NCBI GenBank assembly: GCA_041393015.1
Contig: JAWKKV010000002.1
Location: 513,279 to 577,278, forward strand
DNA length: 64,000 nt
Source: Chitinophagales bacterium
GTDB lineage: Bacteria; Bacteroidota; Bacteroidia; Chitinophagales; JADIYW01
Direction of reading: 5' to 3'
Shown: piece after piece, positions 60,057 to 64,000 of the stretch
How the letters are laid out: every line of letters starts with the position of its first letter
How positions within the stretch are numbered: position 1 is the stretch's first letter
Notes under the pieces: model-generated
What the model was told of the DNA's origin: nothing
The model's database searches: none
The model's input: only the letters and a program-made list of their open reading frames with translations
Program-made: the position numbers and the translations under genes

Positions 60057-60695
60057 ATGAGAAATGTAATAATTAGTCAATCCAATGCAACATTTACCGG
60101 AGTAACACAATCTTCTATCGATACATCTAATATCAATTTTGGTTACTATCAAGTGCCTTTAGATTTTAGAAATGAAAAATACCCCGACGATTTCAAATCG
60201 CTTCCGTCAGAACAATTGTTTTTCCCATTAATTGATGATGAAGTACCATTAAATCTCGGAGATAAAATTGATTACAAGGACTACATCAATTTTACGGATA
60301 GCAATGGAGATAATCATTTTGCTATAGTAAATCCTATAAAAAGAAGTGTTTTACAGAATGACGATAAGTATAGGAAAATCAGTTCAATTGAAAATGGTGA
60401 AATTCTACCACCTCCGTCCGTTCGTAATGCAAACATTCCTGTTGTTATTCCAAAAATAAGCACCTCAGCTGCTTTATTATCAAATCAACTATCATCAACA
60501 ATCAATATAAATGATAATATTTTAATTCCAGTTATTATACCTATTGTACTTATCAATAGTACTTATCAATTTATAAATACGAATATACCTCCTAATAGTA
60601 ATGTTCAATTTAACTTGATTCAATACAAAGGTATTTTCAAAAAAGAAGTAAAATTAGCTGCTGTAAATATTAAGCTTGCTTCGACTTACGATTAA
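60057..60695 (+). CDS. hypothetical protein; its 3' end overlaps the convergent CHAT gene
   Basis: Provided ORF only. Low-complexity Ile/Asn-rich C-terminus. Confidence 0.3.
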   Translation: MRNVIISQSNATFTGVTQSSIDTSNINFGYYQVPLDFRNEKYPDDFKSLPSEQLFFPLIDDEVPLNLGDKIDYKDYINFTDSNGDNHFAIVNPIKRSVLQNDDKYRKISSIENGEILPPPSVRNANIPVVIPKISTSAALLSNQLSSTININDNILIPVIIPIVLINSTYQFINTNIPPNSNVQFNLIQYKGIFKKEVKLAAVNIKLASTYD

Positions 60696-62520
60696 TGACA
60701 TACATTAAACTGATCAAACTTATGGATACTGCTAATAATAGAACAAGCCGATTAACTGTTTTTTCCTTTTTAAAATTGGTTTGTGATTCCCCATTAAATA
60801 GATAACTCGCCCAAAAGAATGGGTGAGCATGGACCTGTTCATTTAGCATACTTCTTTTTGCCAAGTTAAGAGAGGCTTCATAAGCCTCCCCTTTCTTTAT
60901 GTTTTCATAAAAAAGAGTCATTAACTTAGCAGCAGACTGATCCTCAATTTTCCATAAAGTTGATATCACAGATGAAGCTCCACCAATTAGGAAAGATTGA
61001 CTAAGATTATAAACTCCTTCTCCTTTATATACTTTACCCTGAAAGGTTTCACAAGCATTTAGCACCACTAAAGCATTCTGAAATTTATGATTACTAATTT
61101 CATAATCATAAATCTTAAGAGAATCATTTTTTTCGTCTCCAAAATGCAAAAAGCTTAGATTATAATTATTGGTATCAATTACTGCGTGAGAGGCAAGGTG
61201 AAGAATTTTATCATTAGACTGGTCAATTAAGATAACATTTCTTTGGTTGTCTAGTACAGCCAGGCATTTATTTCCAAATCTTCGCTTGATATGCTTGATT
61301 TCTTCGATTGCACTAAATAGTATAGCGTCTTCAGATGGACCAACAGCTTTAATATTTACTTTATGATTGCTAGGTATTGAACTTCTAGATTCTAAAAGCA
61401 TTTTTCCTGAAATATGGTATGTAATATCCCATTTTTTCAAGAAGTAAGGAACTAATTTAAAATCAATGATTGATCTGTCATTTGCAGTAATAAGAGCCTC
61501 AAAAGGTAGAAAAGTGAATACGCCATCTGGAATTATGGTTAATGACTTAACATCATTAAAAATTTCATTATTAAGCAATAGCTCAACAAAGGGTTCTGAT
61601 ATTGATTGCGTACAGTTAATATAGTTCTTAAGTTGTAAATCTAGCGGCAATAGCAACTCATCTCCTCTAATGATATGCTGATAAGTAGACAATGCTGACA
61701 AATAAATTTTGTTTAATTGAAAACTAAAATAAATGGTTGTGTCTTTGCTGATTAACAAACCATGACAAGTACTATCTCCTTCGAATAATTCTATGACCAC
61801 TTCTTTGCTAGTTATAACATCTTCAATAGCTGACAAATTGATACGACTAGAAGTAAATTTATAGGAAAAGTCATCATTAGTAAGCTTTGCTAATGATGAT
61901 TTTAGTGTATTCAGTTTAATAAACTCATCGGAATTTCTTTCTTCTGATTTGATATAATCAATGTTAACTTCCCTTATCTCTTTAAGTAACTTGTTCACTA
62001 CAATGGATAATGAATCAGGCATATCTTCATGTGTGTATAGTTCTCGATCTTTAATCTTTTTCCATAATGCTTGATACTTATTACTTTCAATGGCATAAAA
62101 AATGTTTTCTAAATATTTAGAATCTTTAGTTGATTTATATAATTTATCAGATGCATAAATTATGTTCTCATAAATTGGTTTTATTCCCGCTCCAATATTG
62201 ATTTCAGTTTCGTCGTAATAATAAATATCGCGATGACAATCCATATAATAGGCTGCTTTCAAATATGCATTAAGAGCACTTTCATAATTTTCAGATTGAG
62301 CTAATATTAACTCTCCTTTTTGCGACCATCCTAAAATTAACCCATATAAGTAAGATTCATTTTGATCTATCTCCCAATTTCTAGTATAAATAGTTATAAC
62401 ACTATCATTGTAAATTTTTGCCTCTTCAAATCTATTTTGGATTATTAGAAAATCAACATAATACCTTAGCGTTTGCGCATAACGACGTTCATTTTTTCTA
62501 TCAAACTGATGGATAGATTT
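60670..62520 (-). CDS. CHAT-domain (caspase-like His/Cys protease) C-terminal portion of a split TPR-CHAT protein
   Basis: HLASHAV (His) and VLNACETFQG (Cys) dyad. The frame is open upstream to a stop at 62521-62523 with TPR-like sequence and no ATG, so it joins the TPR ORF if T5 at 62518-62522 is T6. Confidence 0.6.
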   Translation of the reverse strand, partial: KSIHQFDRKNERRYAQTLRYYVDFLIIQNRFEEAKIYNDSVITIYTRNWEIDQNESYLYGLILGWSQKGELILAQSENYESALNAYLKAAYYMDCHRDIYYYDETEINIGAGIKPIYENIIYASDKLYKSTKDSKYLENIFYAIESNKYQALWKKIKDRELYTHEDMPDSLSIVVNKLLKEIREVNIDYIKSEERNSDEFIKLNTLKSSLAKLTNDDFSYKFTSSRINLSAIEDVITSKEVVIELFEGDSTCHGLLISKDTTIYFSFQLNKIYLSALSTYQHIIRGDELLLPLDLQLKNYINCTQSISEPFVELLLNNEIFNDVKSLTIIPDGVFTFLPFEALITANDRSIIDFKLVPYFLKKWDITYHISGKMLLESRSSIPSNHKVNIKAVGPSEDAILFSAIEEIKHIKRRFGNKCLAVLDNQRNVILIDQSNDKILHLASHAVIDTNNYNLSFLHFGDEKNDSLKIYDYEISNHKFQNALVVLNACETFQGKVYKGEGVYNLSQSFLIGGASSVISTLWKIEDQSAAKLMTLFYENIKKGEAYEASLNLAKRSMLNEQVHAHPFFWASYLFNGESQTNFKKEKTVNRLVLLLAVSISLISLMYVINRKSKQA

Positions 62521-63554
62521 TTATAATATTTTTCAGATTCAATAAAATCTCCTATAATATAAAAACATGTTGCTTGACGTCTTAAAGAAATTGAGTAAAC
62601 AAGTGAGCTTTGTAGAGCAGAGCTTTCAAAATTATTTATTATATAGTTATTATACTTTAGAGATGATAAGAAATTCTCATCTCTAAAGTAATACTCAGCT
62701 AGATCATTATAACTGTACATTAATAGATCTGTATTGATTTTATTTTTTTCTGCGTATATAATCTGCTTTTTAATCCACTCAATTGCTTCTTTTGGTTTTT
62801 GATTAATTGCACTTGATTCTGCAAATAAAGAATAACATACAAATTGTAACCTTGGATACTTTTTATTATATAATTTAGCAATTGACATTGCCTTTTCAAC
62901 ATAATTAACTTGGATGGCAGCTTCTGTTCTTCTGCCATAAATATTAGCAAGATTGTAATATATTCTACCTAAAATAAAATGAGAATCATCCGATTGATTC
63001 TGCCAAATATTTAAAGCTTCATCAATGCATTTCTTTGCTCTTGGAATATCTTCAAAGCCATACAGATAAAGCTCACCAAAATTGTTCAAAAATTCACCTC
63101 GATACAATGGATCATAATTATTCCTTTTAAAAAACTGATCTACAGTTTTATATAATACTAAAGCACTATCATATTGCCCCAGTTGATACAAAATTTGCGC
63201 TTGTAAATAAGTTATATCAAGGACAGATGATGAACTATTGCATAATGTATTAAGCTCTACGTTATCAATAATATCTATAGCTTCTTTTGTCTTTTTATGT
63301 CTCAAATAATTATCCGCTCTGCTTAGCGAAGCATAACATAATATATCCTCCTGATCCGACCTTTTTAGCAAATCAAGATAAATTTGATCCGCTAATTCAA
63401 AATCTAAATATGATTTAAATGAGTCTGCTTTCGCAAGCTGATCATTATATGAATTTATTGGAGTGTAACAAGACAATCTAGCATACGTCTTCGCTTCTGT
63501 GCTAAGAAACAGAGCGATCAAAACAATTACAATAGTAGTTCTATAAAAAACCAT
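62466..63554 (-). CDS. TPR-repeat N-terminal portion of the split TPR-CHAT protein (signal peptide)
   Basis: Signal peptide and TPR-like repeats. It ends ...EKMNVVMRKR* in a frame overlapping the CHAT-frame ORF by 55 nt. Confidence 0.55.
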   Translation of the reverse strand: MVFYRTTIVIVLIALFLSTEAKTYARLSCYTPINSYNDQLAKADSFKSYLDFELADQIYLDLLKRSDQEDILCYASLSRADNYLRHKKTKEAIDIIDNVELNTLCNSSSSVLDITYLQAQILYQLGQYDSALVLYKTVDQFFKRNNYDPLYRGEFLNNFGELYLYGFEDIPRAKKCIDEALNIWQNQSDDSHFILGRIYYNLANIYGRRTEAAIQVNYVEKAMSIAKLYNKKYPRLQFVCYSLFAESSAINQKPKEAIEWIKKQIIYAEKNKINTDLLMYSYNDLAEYYFRDENFLSSLKYNNYIINNFESSALQSSLVYSISLRRQATCFYIIGDFIESEKYYKNLSISLIEKMNVVMRKR

Positions 63555-63701
63555 ACTATATTTAGTTATATAATTTTGATGGACAATAGCTGATGATCAA
63601 ATATAATCGAATTGAATTATTGATTAATTTAAATATCAGTAAATCATTTTGATTCAATTATAAATAAAGACATAAGTATAAAGTAACATATTCTCCATTA
63701 A

Positions 63702-64000
<299 letters not shown>

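Overview
This is a low-GC, Bacteroidetes-like chromosomal window (Flavobacteriia/Sphingobacteriia-type genes such as transglutaminase-like secreted proteins, TPR lipoproteins and RND efflux), mostly densely coding on the minus strand.

Housekeeping and metabolic content:
- gyrA, lipB, an RluA/RluD-family pseudouridine synthase, mscL, a YraN-family protein, a 7Fe ferredoxin, an ABC-F ATPase (partial at the window end), and two ECF sigma factors.
- A marR–RND efflux operon (MFP, AcrB-like pump, TolC).
- An aldehyde dehydrogenase / GMC oxidoreductase / PLP-enzyme / SET-domain cluster.
- An SDR plus penicillin/AHL-acylase pair.
- A zinc-dependent alcohol dehydrogenase and SPFH, heme-binding and transglutaminase-family proteins.

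The accessory part lies at about 19.8–33.5 kb. It holds a complete Type I restriction-modification operon (hsdR–hsdM–hsdS). The operon continues without a gap into an ABC-like ATPase plus an HNH endonuclease, a Septu (PtuA/PtuB)-like pair. The HNH gene is cleanly split by an IS982-family insertion with a 7-bp target-site duplication. Next to it is a MazF/PemK toxin, translationally coupled to an atypically large 256-aa upstream partner.

A second, intact IS982 copy sits at 59.0–60.0 kb, with an 8-bp target-site duplication.

One of the more unusual signals is a roughly 1 kb non-coding stretch at 32.5–33.5 kb. It contains a tRNA-like sequence whose 3' half (anticodon stem 3' strand, T-arm, acceptor 3' strand) lies immediately upstream of its 5' half (acceptor 5' strand, D-arm, anticodon loop). 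This is a circularly permuted or split arrangement. The stretch is flanked by two copies of a roughly 95-bp terminator-plus-palindrome repeat.

Several genes (a TPR lipoprotein, a TPR–CHAT protein, and the transposase of IS copy 1) are broken only by +1/-1 changes in A/T or G homopolymer runs. That suggests either systematic homopolymer sequencing errors or recent pseudogenisation.

No CRISPR array or rRNA was found.
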